Shown here: piece after piece, positions 8,777 to 20,263 of the stretch
Layout of the letters: each line of letters begins with the position of its first letter
How positions within the stretch are numbered: the stretch's first letter is position 1
From: a virus
Lineage: Duplodnaviria; Heunggongvirae; Uroviricota; Caudoviricetes
Reading direction: 5' to 3' (one strand)
Virus record (IMG/VR): IMGVR_UViG_2773857866_000003
Length of the DNA stretch: 64,000 bases
Made by a program: the position numbers and the translations under genes
The notes under the pieces: generated by a model
Database searches by the model: none
Told to the model about the DNA's origin: nothing
The model's input: only the letters and a program-made list of their open reading frames with translations

Positions 8777-11058
8777 TTGCTAAATCCACAATTTTTACAG
8801 GAATTGCATCCCCCTTCAAACACTAATGGAGAGCCACATTCAGGGCAAGGAACTATCTGACTCTTGTCAACAGGTTTAATTCCCAATCTTTTTCCACGCT
8901 TAATAGTCTCTTTGTTTTTAATCGGTTTTTCATCTACATCTTCAAATAACTCTCCTTGTAACTCTTTATACATATTAAGGAGCGCATTTCCAACTGCAAC
9001 AGGACAACTGCTTCCAATGCTAGTGTCATGCTTTGTAGCTGTTCTTACTGCATAAGAAGGACAAGTACCTGAAGACTTTAACTGGTCTACAATGGAGTAA
9101 ATATCTACTCCTGCTCTTGCAGAAAGTGAAATCAATCTGGAAAGACCTGTAAGGCTATTTAGGCATCCACCTTTCGAGCCTTTGCTTAAATATGTTTCAA
9201 GTAAATCGCCTGTATCTGGATCAAAAAACGCTTCACAATGCAATGTTCCACATCCTGTTTGTAATGTGCGTTTCTTTCCAATGCAATTATCATCTGCTTT
9301 AATAATCATTCCACGTTGCAATGTAATAGGCACATTGCTGTCTGAGTTATTTTCTTTTGTTTCTTTTTTCTTATTATCTGTCGTTAAAATACCTGTACGT
9401 TTACATCCATCTCTAAAAATAGTGACACCTTTCAATCCCTTTTCCCACGCATAAAGGTATAAGTCTTCAGTATCTTTAACAGTAAAATTATTTGGTACAT
9501 TTACTGTAGAACTAATAGATGCATCAATATGTCTCTGCCAGATAGACTGCATATCTATTCTTTCTTTATAATTAAGCGTTTGCGCTGTTACAAAGAAATC
9601 TGGTAATTCAGAATCATCTTTTAATCCATATTCATCAATATATTTTTTAACAATAGGCGTATATACTTTGTAATATTCATCATGCCCATGCAGAGACTCT
9701 GTTTTTCTTGTATAGTAATTTGCATAAACAGGCTCAATTCCTCCTGATACACCTAACATACTTGACAAGCTTCCTGTAGGAGCAATGGTTAAAAGTTGGG
9801 AATTACAAAGTCCTATTTCAGAAATATTTTCACGATATAATTCGTCAATGTGTTCGGTGAAAAATGGGGACTGTTTTACTGCATCTGGTTTATACTTTGG
9901 GTAAGAACCAACTTCAATTGCGATTGAATTTGAAGTCATAATAGCTTGATATGCCATTGCATGACCAATCATATCGCATAAATCAATTGACTCAGGTGAG
10001 CCGTATTTAATTCCTATTTTAATTAATAAGTCTGCTAGTCCAAAAATCCCTAAACCTATCTGTCTCCAATCTCTAACTGACTCTCTTTGTTCTTTCAATG
10101 GATGCAATGGTAATCCTTCATCTAAAACAATATTTAATGCTCGGACAGCAATATCAACTGTCTTTTTGAAATCTGTAAAATTAAAAGTTTTATTTTCTGT
10201 TACGAATTCGGATAAATTAATACTTCCAAGCAAACACGAACCTCCGGCTGGTAAGGGTTCTTCAGCGCATGGATTCGTGCCCGCATAAGAAAATTCTTTA
10301 TCTGCACTAAGTAAATTCCAATTTTCAATTCTATCCCAGAAAAGCATTCCAGGTTCTGCATAATCCCAGTTCATCTCACATAGTTTATGAAATACTGAAT
10401 ATGCGTCAATTTCTTTCCTAATTGTTTCACCAGTTTCTTCTCTGGTAAAACTTAATACAAAAGGTTTTCTCATTTTTACTGCCAACATAAACTTATCGGT
10501 AATTCGTATTGAGATATTTGCTTTTGTCACTTTATCTAAATCAGACTTAATTTCAATAAATTCTTCTAAATCAGGATGGTCGCAAGCAATTGAAATCATC
10601 AATGCTCCCCTTCTCCCATTCTGACCGATTAAACCAGTAACCAAACTATATAAATCCATAAAACTAACTGAACCACTGGTTTCTTTTGCAGTATTTGTTA
10701 CTCTTGCTCCTTTCGGTGCAAGTTTTGAAATATCCACACCGCAGCCTCCACCATAACTATAGGTACGTGCTAATTTTTTTGCACAGTCAAAGATTGATTC
10801 AATATTATCTTCAGGTGGTTCAACCACATAGCAATTTGAAAGTGTGACTTTTTCACCTAATTTGTCTAACCCTCTATTAGATAAAATCCTTCCACCAAAC
10901 AAAAACTTCTTCTCAAGAATCAACTGTCTTAAATCACTATCTCCACCACTAACTCTATCAAGCCATTCATCGAAGCTTTCATTGTTATAACGATATTTTT
11001 TATTCCATATATCAATACCTAGTGTATTATCTTTTCCTAACCATTGTTCTACTGTCAT
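8767..11058 (-). CDS. ribonucleotide reductase large subunit, probably monomeric class II (B12-dependent) type
   Basis: NPCAEEPL matches the active-site NPCGE-type loop; there is a C-terminal Cys pair plus a zinc ribbon (CPECGS...CNSCKNCG); no adjacent small-subunit gene is seen. Confidence 0.75.
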   Translation of the reverse strand: MTVEQWLGKDNTLGIDIWNKKYRYNNESFDEWLDRVSGGDSDLRQLILEKKFLFGGRILSNRGLDKLGEKVTLSNCYVVEPPEDNIESIFDCAKKLARTYSYGGGCGVDISKLAPKGARVTNTAKETSGSVSFMDLYSLVTGLIGQNGRRGALMISIACDHPDLEEFIEIKSDLDKVTKANISIRITDKFMLAVKMRKPFVLSFTREETGETIRKEIDAYSVFHKLCEMNWDYAEPGMLFWDRIENWNLLSADKEFSYAGTNPCAEEPLPAGGSCLLGSINLSEFVTENKTFNFTDFKKTVDIAVRALNIVLDEGLPLHPLKEQRESVRDWRQIGLGIFGLADLLIKIGIKYGSPESIDLCDMIGHAMAYQAIMTSNSIAIEVGSYPKYKPDAVKQSPFFTEHIDELYRENISEIGLCNSQLLTIAPTGSLSSMLGVSGGIEPVYANYYTRKTESLHGHDEYYKVYTPIVKKYIDEYGLKDDSELPDFFVTAQTLNYKERIDMQSIWQRHIDASISSTVNVPNNFTVKDTEDLYLYAWEKGLKGVTIFRDGCKRTGILTTDNKKKETKENNSDSNVPITLQRGMIIKADDNCIGKKRTLQTGCGTLHCEAFFDPDTGDLLETYLSKGSKGGCLNSLTGLSRLISLSARAGVDIYSIVDQLKSSGTCPSYAVRTATKHDTSIGSSCPVAVGNALLNMYKELQGELFEDVDEKPIKNKETIKRGKRLGIKPVDKSQIVPCPECGSPLVFEGGCNSCKNCGFSKCD

Positions 11059-11072
11059 TTCTTATCTCCTTT

Positions 11073-13367
11073 TTAAAATACTGGTTTTTCTACTTTTTCT
11101 ATTGCTTCAACTAAATATGTTTGTTTACTGCTTATGGCATTTTGTCCCACTGCATATCTCAAAGCATTGGTTTGACATTCTAATTTACAATGCTTACTAG
11201 CTCTTGTAATTGCAGTATATATTAGCTCTTTTGTGAGCATAGAATATGAACCAAAATCTAACCCAACTAAAACATAAGGATATTGACTGCCCTGTGACTT
11301 GTGTACTGTAATTGCATAACTTAACTCCACACTAGAAAGCTGCTTCGATAATATCAAAATTTTACCTATGTATTGGAAATTCACTACTATCTCATTTCGC
11401 TCAAAATTTATTGCCTCAATTATCCCAATACTGCCATTAAAAACTCCAGTTATATTACTTATCTCTTCATACTCTTTCTGGTCATATTCCCACTGATTGT
11501 CGTACAATAAGGCTTTATATGTATTAGCAGTATACATTACTTTATCTCCCACTCTTAAATTTGCAGAATAGCTCGGAGAATATCTTACAATGATTTCTTC
11601 TTCATCATCTCTAGGATTATATAATTCCTGAAATGCTGCATTTAATTGATGTATCCCAGACTGACGCTCTCTAATTGGAACAATTACCTGTAAATCTAAT
11701 ATAGAGTCCACTTTATTTATCCATTCTGCAAAATCTCTACATAAATTAAAATATGTGTTATTTGCATCGCTGTAACAGTTGTATTCTAAGTCTTGTAAAT
11801 CACCTTTCGTTAAATGTCCTACAAAGTCTTTATCAATTACCTGTATGTTTTTTCTTATTTTTAAACTATCTGTAATAATTGCGGAGGCTTCTGCCTGCCT
11901 ATGAATTTTAGTCAAGTTTATAGAAGGAATATATTGACTTTCAATTAAATCATGAGCAATATTTCCGCTACCAATACATTCCAACTGACCTGTATCACCT
12001 AGCATGATTAACTTAGAACCGGGCTTAATTGCATCTATCAATCTATAGAATAACTTAGAGTCAACCATTGAAATTTCATCACAAATTATAATGTCGTATG
12101 GAAGATAATTACCTTCGTAAAAAGCAAACCCTCCATGCTCTTTATCGCCAAGTGGAAATCCCAGTAATCTGTGAATTGTAAATCCTTCTTCTCCTGTGAC
12201 TTCAGCTAATCGTGCAGCCGCCCTTCCAGCTAAAGCACATTGAGCAAATCTCTTTCTCCATAGAACTCTTAATACACCTCTCACAAAAGAAGTTTTTCCT
12301 GTTCCACCGCCACCTGTAACGATGAAGACGTTTTCTATTAAAGCAGTTCTTATACATTCATATTGTTGGTCTGTATATTCCCAGCCTTGTTCTTTTTCAA
12401 CTTCTGAAATGATTTCTTCCCAACCATCAAAGTTAAATGTATTCTCTGCCTTTTTTAATTGAATAAGCTTTTGAGCAATTTTCTCTTCTAGCTCAATATT
12501 CTTTTTAAATGCTACCTTACTCCTATCTTCATTCCACCATAGAAATTTATCTAAATCTTTCATGGCTTCTAAAATAGGTTCGTCAGGAATATCTTCTCCA
12601 AGCATAGTAACAATAGCATCCATAAGCTGTTCATTTGCATATACATAAGTACAACCTTTCTCAGCCATCTCATATAAATATCTTTTTACAAATGCTGTTA
12701 CTCTTTCTTTAGAGTATATTCCCATCCCACCTTTTAGAGCTAACTCGTCACATTTTTTCCAACCAATTCCATGAATGTCAATTAAGGTATATGGATTTTG
12801 TTTTACATTCTTAATAATCACATCCGCAGATTTATAGTGCTCATATAGCTTTTCTACCATATTTGCTGTAAGGTTGTACTCTTTTAATTCTACAAAAACT
12901 CTACTTTTATCAATATTTTCATGGAAACGTTCCAGCCATTTATTTGCAGTTTTTAGCCCAACACCTTTAACCTTTACTAAGTCAGAAGCCTCTTTATTAT
13001 AAAGTGCCATATAAGGATTTTCTAAAGCTGCATACATTGCATCAATTTGCTTGTCAGTGAATAAAACATGGAGAAATTCTCTTTGTCCTTTTAAGTCTGA
13101 TACGTCTACGCAAAGATTAGTGTACATACTAATTACTTCATATTGATATCCCCATTTAGAGTCTTCTACCAACTTAGCATTGAGTGTGTACTTTACATTA
13201 GATTTTAATTCAGGCATAATTCCTTTCACTATCATTTGCCCGTATTTATCTTTTTGTATTTCATCTGTTGTTTCAACTATGTCAGCACAAATGATGCCAA
13301 AATTGTTACTATTGTTGTAATATCGTATTTTTTTTACTTTTATCAATGCTGATATTCTATCATTCAT
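11073..13367 (-). CDS. RecD/Pif1-like SF1B DNA helicase
   Basis: Walker A FIVTGGGGTGKTS, Walker B IIICDEISMVD, and a C-terminal HKSQGSQYPYVLVGL motif (UvrD_C_2-like). Confidence 0.8.
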   Translation of the reverse strand: MNDRISALIKVKKIRYYNNSNNFGIICADIVETTDEIQKDKYGQMIVKGIMPELKSNVKYTLNAKLVEDSKWGYQYEVISMYTNLCVDVSDLKGQREFLHVLFTDKQIDAMYAALENPYMALYNKEASDLVKVKGVGLKTANKWLERFHENIDKSRVFVELKEYNLTANMVEKLYEHYKSADVIIKNVKQNPYTLIDIHGIGWKKCDELALKGGMGIYSKERVTAFVKRYLYEMAEKGCTYVYANEQLMDAIVTMLGEDIPDEPILEAMKDLDKFLWWNEDRSKVAFKKNIELEEKIAQKLIQLKKAENTFNFDGWEEIISEVEKEQGWEYTDQQYECIRTALIENVFIVTGGGGTGKTSFVRGVLRVLWRKRFAQCALAGRAAARLAEVTGEEGFTIHRLLGFPLGDKEHGGFAFYEGNYLPYDIIICDEISMVDSKLFYRLIDAIKPGSKLIMLGDTGQLECIGSGNIAHDLIESQYIPSINLTKIHRQAEASAIITDSLKIRKNIQVIDKDFVGHLTKGDLQDLEYNCYSDANNTYFNLCRDFAEWINKVDSILDLQVIVPIRERQSGIHQLNAAFQELYNPRDDEEEIIVRYSPSYSANLRVGDKVMYTANTYKALLYDNQWEYDQKEYEEISNITGVFNGSIGIIEAINFERNEIVVNFQYIGKILILSKQLSSVELSYAITVHKSQGSQYPYVLVGLDFGSYSMLTKELIYTAITRASKHCKLECQTNALRYAVGQNAISSKQTYLVEAIEKVEKPVF

Positions 13368-14831
13368 TTATATTTAACCTTTCAACTGAAGCTAGAATAG
13401 AACCATCATCATTTACTTTTTTAATTAACATACAGGAGTGCTTATAAGCACTATCAGCATATTTATAAGCTCTAAATATATCATTTTGCCTATATCCGCA
13501 TACGGCTATTTTATTACCTCTTTTGAACCATGATTTTTCCAGTACCTTTTTATTCCCATTCTCATCTATGCTGCTTATTTGCTGGTCATAATGAACAAAC
13601 TGTCCTTTGCTAAATTTCACCATAACAACTCCTGTTTTAGTAAGCAGTGTTACAAGATGTTTGTCTTTGTTTTTATCTAATACTGTACCGGAAATTCTTT
13701 TTATCCTGTATTTAGGGAATTTTTTTACTTCAGTTCTCCAAGTGTCACCTTCTTTAATTTTTATACGTTTTGTATATGTGTCATATATTTCAGGCTCTTC
13801 CGGCATTTCATAAAAATCTTCAATTCCATACATGTTATCTTTCATATTTTTCAACTCATGCTCAGTTGTTGCATAAATTGAAAGTGAGTCCATTTCCCAT
13901 TTAGATAGAGTTCCACTCGCATTTTCTTCCAATGCTTCTTGAACTAAGTAATAATTGTATTGTTCTAATGTAGTCTCTAAAGTCAACCATTCTTTAAGTG
14001 GTGCTATATGGGTTTTGTTCTCTTTTATGAATCTCTTCTCAGATATCACATAGAATTCATCAATTACTGCCTCGACACTATCTTCGCTATAATATTGAAT
14101 AAAAAACCTCATAGAGGTTTCATCCAATTTGAACAATCTATCATGATAACCAGCTTTAGGAACTTTCTTTCCATCAATAATGACGTTCTTGTAAAAGAAA
14201 TAATCATCCAAAACATATTTCTTAAAATTTACATGTCTGATTGCTAATTGAAGTTTTTCTGGTATGAAGTTATATTTTTCATTTAAAACAAGTAATTTGT
14301 TAAATTGCTGCATGCCCAGCGCATTACATTTGCTTACTAAAAATTCTGAAATATATTCTTTCATAAGTTCTATTCTGTCTGTGTTACTTATTTCATCAAA
14401 AACTCCTGCTTTGATAAGTTGCATCATTTGAGAGTTTTTAACTAACTTTGTTTTGATCATTCTTTCATAAAAATCCTGCATATCTCTATAAGGTCTGTTT
14501 TCCAATAAAATTCTTACAACGTCATCGCCTATACCGTTAATTGCTTTTAAGGCATAAATGATACGATTGTTCTCTTCATCTGGATAAAAACCGAAATTGG
14601 CTTGATTGATATATGGAAGCGCAATAGGAATATTCCTTTTCTGCATATTAGATATTGCAGTTGCAATTTTTCCATAATCTGTAGATTTGTTTTCTTCAAC
14701 TTCCTCATCTGCTCCTGCATCAACAATAAGACATGCTGTATTCCAGTAGATGATGGGATAATGATATGCTAGATTTAATTCCTGAACTCCTATACAGGAG
14801 TAAGGAAAAGTATGATTTTTCGAAAATGAAT
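13360..14831 (-). CDS. dnaE: DNA polymerase III alpha (DnaE-type), exon 3
   Basis: The frame stays open upstream of the track-called Met as far as 14831. GYSFSKNHTFPYSCIGVQELNLAYHYP aligns to DnaE [27 protein letters not shown]. An HhH motif (LKAINGIGDDVV) lies downstream. Confidence 0.7.
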
Positions 14832-15312
14832 CATTTGTAGACTATCTCTTGAGTGAATGTGTTTATTCAAAATCATCTGAAATTATAAGTATTAAATATT
14901 AATTTTTGTTATACTTAACATCTGATTCCAATTCTAAAAAATTAGCCTTATTGTATTCACATTCAGTTTCAAGACATATATTACAATACTTTGTATTTTT
15001 CTCAGACATGTTATTACATAATCCTAGAAATTTATAATTAATTTTAAAATTTGATATTGTGAACGATAAACAATGCGTCATGCTTAATCTCCTTTCTAAC
15101 TTCAGACCACATTCACCCTATCTCTGCGCTCCCAGATGTGCTAATCTCACCTGTACCCGTACTCATGCTTTCGCCTTTCCGATAGTCGTTACACCCGATT
15201 TAACTTGGCACGGTATTATTTACTGTTTCTACGTAACCTTCACCGTTAGCACTACTTTTGTAGTACACCGCTTTTGCTTGCGTTCACAGAGTTTTACTTG
15301 AGCACTCATTTT
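14832..15312 (-). other. group I intron 2 in dnaE (ORF-less, 481 nt)
   Basis: The segment is GC-enriched and stop-rich. Junctions placed to restore DnaE homology leave the 5' exon ending in U (cttgggt) and the intron ending in G (ctacaaatg), as expected for group I. Confidence 0.6.
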
Positions 15313-15771
15313 ACCCAAGCTGCTTTCCTACTACTTCATTCCAGATGTAGTTCAGCAGATTGTCTGAAGTTCCTATTCCTCTACCTGCTTCAAAAAATGT
15401 ATGTTTCATTTTTTGCTGTAATTCTTTATCTTTTTTGGCTATACTCTTACGTAGCTTATTAGACTCAGCTACGCTAAAATTCGCAATATGCTCATCCATA
15501 GATAATTCCATTACAATTTCCTGAGTATCACCAACACCATATACAGGTAGTAAATACGGTTCGATAATCTTAATTTCTACTTCTGTAAGATGGTACTCTT
15601 CTCTCATGCACTTATACCATTCAGATATATCGTTTTTATATCTGATATAAGTATCAATAGGCTGTTCCCCATCTGTTACCATGAGTCGCATAATGCTATT
15701 TGCTGTAGCCAATTCTACTAAACTGTGAGGTTGAATACGTTTAGCTGCCTGTAACCCAACCTGTGTATCAA
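15313..15771 (-). CDS. dnaE: DNA polymerase III alpha (DnaE-type), exon 2
   Basis: AESNKLRKSIAKKDKELQQKMKHTFFEAGRGIG aligns to E. coli DnaE [33 protein letters not shown]; the ORF ends at a stop immediately after KQLG. Confidence 0.7.
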
Positions 15772-16750
15772 CATTTTGTTCATTTGTAGTCGCTACACTA
15801 CAAACCGTCATCTTTCATGACTGCTTGCGCTCTCACGCAAGTTCAGACTATATCTTTTCCAATCTCCATTTCAGACACCAAACACTTGTATCTTACGCCT
15901 CACTAATGAGGTCTTACTAGTCGTTGAACCTTCTCAAATAACCAAATTTTTGTTCATAAAATATTCTTTTTTGCTTTGCCTCTTCAAGAGTATCGAAATC
16001 TTCATCTATAACATTACCATCGAGGTCAATTATTCTCATTCTGTATGTTTTTCCACTTCTTTTTTTATTGTAGTGAACACCATTAAAAGGGATTTCTTTA
16101 TTTTTTTCTGCTGTAGTTTTATTTCTCGCATTGATTTGAGGTGTAACAATTCTAAGATTTGACTTTATATTGATTAGAGGATTTCTATTTATGTGGTCAA
16201 CAACTGTATTTGTATCCGTTTTATTCATGACAAGATTATATAAATAGATTTTCTCTCCGTGAGTACGAGACATTGGATAACCATTCACATTAAGTTGCCA
16301 ATAATATTTTTTAACTTTTCCTAAATCTTCTGTGTCAATTAAAATATCAATTATCTTGGAATTTTTCTGTTCCCAGTAGTATATATGCGTTTCATTTCCG
16401 TCTATTTTATATGGGTTCCATATTTTTTCATCTTGATTATAACTTTGTTCTACAACAGCTTTTAGAAGTTCACCATATCTTTTTACAGAATAACTTGCTT
16501 TATTATCATCGCTAAATTTTACTATTACTCTTGTATCATATTCATATATTGCTTTCACATATTCACACCTCCTCGTGTGTATTCTAGTTTTGGTTATTTA
16601 AGCTTGGCTGCGGATTGTCTAATTCTGATGCTTTTTACCCTATCTCCGACATTACTCTTTGCCATGTGTTCTTTGCAGAACACATTTGGTACATCAGACT
16701 CTAAAGAGTTTCCCGCAATTAAAAGACTTTTAATTCAGCCTGATATTACA
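15772..16750 (-). mobile_element. group I intron 1 in dnaE carrying an HNH-AP2 homing endonuclease gene (979 nt)
   Basis: It lies between exon 1 (ends ttt cag t) and exon 2 (tt gat aca...) and the intron ends in G (aatg). It contains a free-standing HNH ORF and has structured GC-richer flanks. Confidence 0.6.
15917..16558 (-). CDS. HNH homing endonuclease with AP2 DNA-binding domain (intron-encoded)
   Basis: VVDHINRNPLINIKSNLRIVTPQINARN is an HNH_3 motif; GVHYNKKRSGKTYRMRII is an AP2-like domain. Confidence 0.8.
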   Translation of the reverse strand: MKAIYEYDTRVIVKFSDDNKASYSVKRYGELLKAVVEQSYNQDEKIWNPYKIDGNETHIYYWEQKNSKIIDILIDTEDLGKVKKYYWQLNVNGYPMSRTHGEKIYLYNLVMNKTDTNTVVDHINRNPLINIKSNLRIVTPQINARNKTTAEKNKEIPFNGVHYNKKRSGKTYRMRIIDLDGNVIDEDFDTLEEAKQKRIFYEQKFGYLRRFND

Positions 16751-18776
16751 TCCACTGAAATAAATCCATTACTTTATTCTCGGCTATCCAATCCCACATT
16801 TCTTTTGTTTCGTAATCTAAAACATCAGGATGTAAGTATTTGTTATATGTATCTCTTAACGTTCCTTGCCATTGCATGTGCCCTGCTTCAATAAGTAGCT
16901 CCATACAATGTCTAACGATATCAAGAGATGAGATTGTCAACATATCTTGTTTCAAACCTCCACACCAATCTGAGTCGTGCATGTTGAATTGCGTTATATA
17001 AGTACCGTTTGGTGCTTTCATCCTAGCATTATGTTCTATAAAATCATCATTGAACAGATACACTGCTGACGCATGTATGCTTCGTCCGCTTATAAGACCT
17101 TCTATATTTAATGCAGTTTCTAATAAATTAGGAATTTTTTTAATCTCATTTGCAAATTCGATAACAGGTTTTCTTTCCTCTTCCTCATTCCCATATAAGC
17201 AATCATGTATAGACCATGTAAAACCTCTTGTAATAGGAATAAGATTTGCAATGTGTTGAGCAATGTCATTATCAACTCCTAATCCTCTAGCCGCTGTAAT
17301 AACTGCGGATTTACTTCCTTCTGTTTTAAACGTACAGCTATTGAGAACTCTACGTTCGCCTTTACGTTTTTTAATTGCATTTACAATTTGTTTTCTTCTA
17401 TTCCTTTGTGAATCTAAATCTATATCCGCTAATTCTGGGCGTTCATGAGATATATGTCTCCAATGAGGTAATCCCCATTGTATAGGGTTCATTTGTATCA
17501 ATCCAATTAAATACATGGTATACATACCTGTTACTGAACCTCTGGCTACTCCAACTAAAGAGTCTCCTTCATTCCACATAATCTCAATCAATTCCAATGT
17601 TGATATGTAATAAGAAGAAATGCTGTTTTTAATCTTCTCTGTAACTTTCCACATCTCGGAAAGCTCTATTTCTATCCTATCAATCAAGATTTTAAGTTCT
17701 TCGTCTTTAATTCCAACATAGTATCCTTTTGTTTTAAAACCCTGAGAAATTAAATGAAGTAAATATCTATCATACTTATTGTCGCTGTAAGCAAATTTTC
17801 TAATATATTCATGTGTATCATAGAAATCTTTGAAATAGTGTTCTTCTTGATATTCCGGTATATTTGCTTCTGGAACAATGGTTGAATGAGCAAGTGTATA
17901 ATTACTTACTTTGTCTGCTATAACTTCTGTATTTCTAATTGCTTTATTAACATTCTCTTCTCCAATTTGCCAATCTAAATACTCATGTATCTCTGTCACA
18001 TTCATCATGTAAGTGGTTGCATAAAAATCACCAACTTCTCTTTCTTCTTCATGAGAATTTAAATATGCTTCATGAAATACCCTATCTTCTTTATTTACAT
18101 AGTGTGCATCACAGGTAACGATAAATGGGATATCCAATTGTTCAGAAATGCTTATCAGAGTTTTATTTACTAAGACTTGTTCTTCAGAATTGTTTGGTTG
18201 AAGTTCAAAATAAAAATCTTCTCCAAATAAATCATAACAGTATTGCACAAATTCATTAAATTTTTCTACATCTTTATTTAATATCCAATGTGAACATTCG
18301 CCACCAAGACATGCAGTGCTTGCAATTAAATGTCCGGGGTTTTCTTTTACAATTTTTTCTAAATCTGATTTTAAAGTTGGAGTTCTTTCCATTTTTCCTG
18401 TCTTGAAACTATTATCCCAAGCTAAAGAACTTAAAATTCTTAATTGTTTATGTCCAATTTCATCTTTTGCCAATAGTATGAAATGCCAAAATTTAGTAAT
18501 ACCTGATTTATAATTGTCTCTTACTTCTTCTAAAGAATTTACTAAATATATTTCATTTCCCAATATCAGCTTAAAATCTTCTGGTATAGAACCTTCAGAT
18601 TTTCCTTTTTCTACAATCTGCAAAGCTTGAACATGACCAGAAACACTTTCATGGTCTGTTATTGCTATACCAGAGTTATTCAGATTTACTGCTTTTTGTA
18701 TCAATTTAGATACCTTATTAATAGAGTCAATCAGACGAATATTTGAATAATCACTATGTACATGCAAATGTAACAT
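16751..18776 (-). CDS. dnaE: DNA polymerase III alpha (DnaE-type), exon 1 (PHP and polymerase core N-terminal part)
   Basis: The N-terminus MLHLHVHSDYSNIRLID is a PHP domain start. The C-terminal part LKQDMLTISSLDIV...VMDLFQ aligns to DnaE KMDFLGLRTLTII...TAVFQ. Confidence 0.75.
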
Positions 18777-18791
18777 ATTATCTACCTCTTT

Positions 18792-19784
18792 CTAAAATAT
18801 ACGTCTTGGTTTTGCATCCTCTCCCGGTATCCATTCCTTATTTACTTTAAATACTTTATTGTCTGGCTTCCAGAGAGAATGATATACACACAACCCACCA
18901 TATCTGCTATCAGCATTTGGCGTATGTGACTTGCTTGCAAAATCGCACCAATAACATAATGGTGTTGGACTTGGCTTATAAATATTACTTTTCTCAAATT
19001 CATCAATTAGAGAAAGTAATTTGTCAATTTTTTTCAAACCTCTTTTTAAATATCCTTTTGAACAAACACCATCTTCTGTTGTCTGCTTTTTATCTAAGAG
19101 GATAAAATCATATTCATGATACATTGGAAGCCTTCCATATTTAAAAACACATGCAATATCATAAATTACCATCTGCAAAGGTGTTTTGATATCAGCATCT
19201 CTAAATACTCGTTTTGAAGATTTATAATCAATAACTTTGATTTCTCCGTCTTCGTTTTGATCTAATCTGTCTATAAAACCATGTACTATGCAGCGATTAT
19301 CATAAACAAATTCAAAATGGTCTTCCACGGCGAATACGTTCCATTCCGGATTTTCCATTCTGGATTGAATAACAGAATTTAAATATACTTCCATTTTGTC
19401 GTTGTAATTAAATCCTGTATTCTCATCCTTTGTCATCCAGTCTTCCATATATCTTTTTTTAATGTCATTTGTTCCCGGAAGAAATGCTGTACTTTTATCA
19501 GTCTTTTCTTCACATCCTTCGACTACGGATGTTTTAATGTAATCATAATCTACATCTTGACCTTCAATTTTATTTCTTCCTTTAATTTCTAAACCTTTAT
19601 GAAGAATTGTGCCTAACTCTAATGCTAATGTTTTAGAGTTTGCATAATTACCATCAATATATTTCATTTTATAACGGTAAGCACAATTCTCAAAAAGGCT
19701 TAGTTTTGAATAAGATACCGTAAGCAACTTACCTCTATCAGTATCTTCTACTGGTCGAATTTTTTCTAAGATTGTTTCTAACAA
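18792..19784 (-). CDS. PD-(D/E)XK nuclease, Cas4/RecB-like with C-terminal Cys cluster
   Basis: A VIDYKSSK (D..K) motif, C-terminal CYWCDF...GGLCVYH, and one N-terminal Cys give a four-Cys Fe-S pattern. Confidence 0.55.
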   Translation of the reverse strand: MLETILEKIRPVEDTDRGKLLTVSYSKLSLFENCAYRYKMKYIDGNYANSKTLALELGTILHKGLEIKGRNKIEGQDVDYDYIKTSVVEGCEEKTDKSTAFLPGTNDIKKRYMEDWMTKDENTGFNYNDKMEVYLNSVIQSRMENPEWNVFAVEDHFEFVYDNRCIVHGFIDRLDQNEDGEIKVIDYKSSKRVFRDADIKTPLQMVIYDIACVFKYGRLPMYHEYDFILLDKKQTTEDGVCSKGYLKRGLKKIDKLLSLIDEFEKSNIYKPSPTPLCYWCDFASKSHTPNADSRYGGLCVYHSLWKPDNKVFKVNKEWIPGEDAKPRRIF

Positions 19785-20263
19785 CCTTCGTTTCCTTTAT
19801 TCATTTCTTTCATTGCTCTGATATAAGCTTCTTTTTGAATTTCAATCTCATATTCTTTACGTGCTCGTTCTCTAGCAATACGCTTATCACGATTTTCTTT
19901 TTCTTTCTTAATCTGAGCTTCTTTAGCTGCCTTTTCTTCTGCTAATTTTTTCTCTTTATCATTTTGTAATTTCTCATCTGCTTTAATAAGTGAACGAATG
20001 TATGTATGATAACTTTTATCTCCAAAAAGATATTGCATGATACATTCCTGCACTCCACGTTCTTTATCGAATACATCTCCTTCTTGAGTAACAGAAACAA
20101 ATTCACTACCATCTTTCAAAATAAGTTTTGTTGCCGGAGGATAGAATTCTACTCTTTCAATTGCATCTAAATTAATTGATTTGATATCAAATGCTTGAAA
20201 CTTAAACGGGGGGTTCCAAAAGAAGTCAGTTATATTATCTAATTCTGATGTCATAATTCTCAC
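19778..20263 (-). CDS. hypothetical protein with K/E-rich C-terminal tail
   Basis: 161 aa ORF in the replication operon. Confidence 0.4.
   Translation of the reverse strand: MRIMTSELDNITDFFWNPPFKFQAFDIKSINLDAIERVEFYPPATKLILKDGSEFVSVTQEGDVFDKERGVQECIMQYLFGDKSYHTYIRSLIKADEKLQNDKEKKLAEEKAAKEAQIKKEKENRDKRIARERARKEYEIEIQKEAYIRAMKEMNKGNEGC

Noticed and set aside
14899-15081. 60 aa ORF inside dnaE intron 2
   Set aside because: It has no start context or homology and sits inside the putative group I intron; it is more likely structured RNA than a homing endonuclease remnant.
14832-16750. Inteins as the explanation for the split dnaE
   Set aside because: The intervening segments contain in-frame stops in all frames relative to the exons, plus a free-standing HNH gene with its own start, so they cannot be translated through as inteins.
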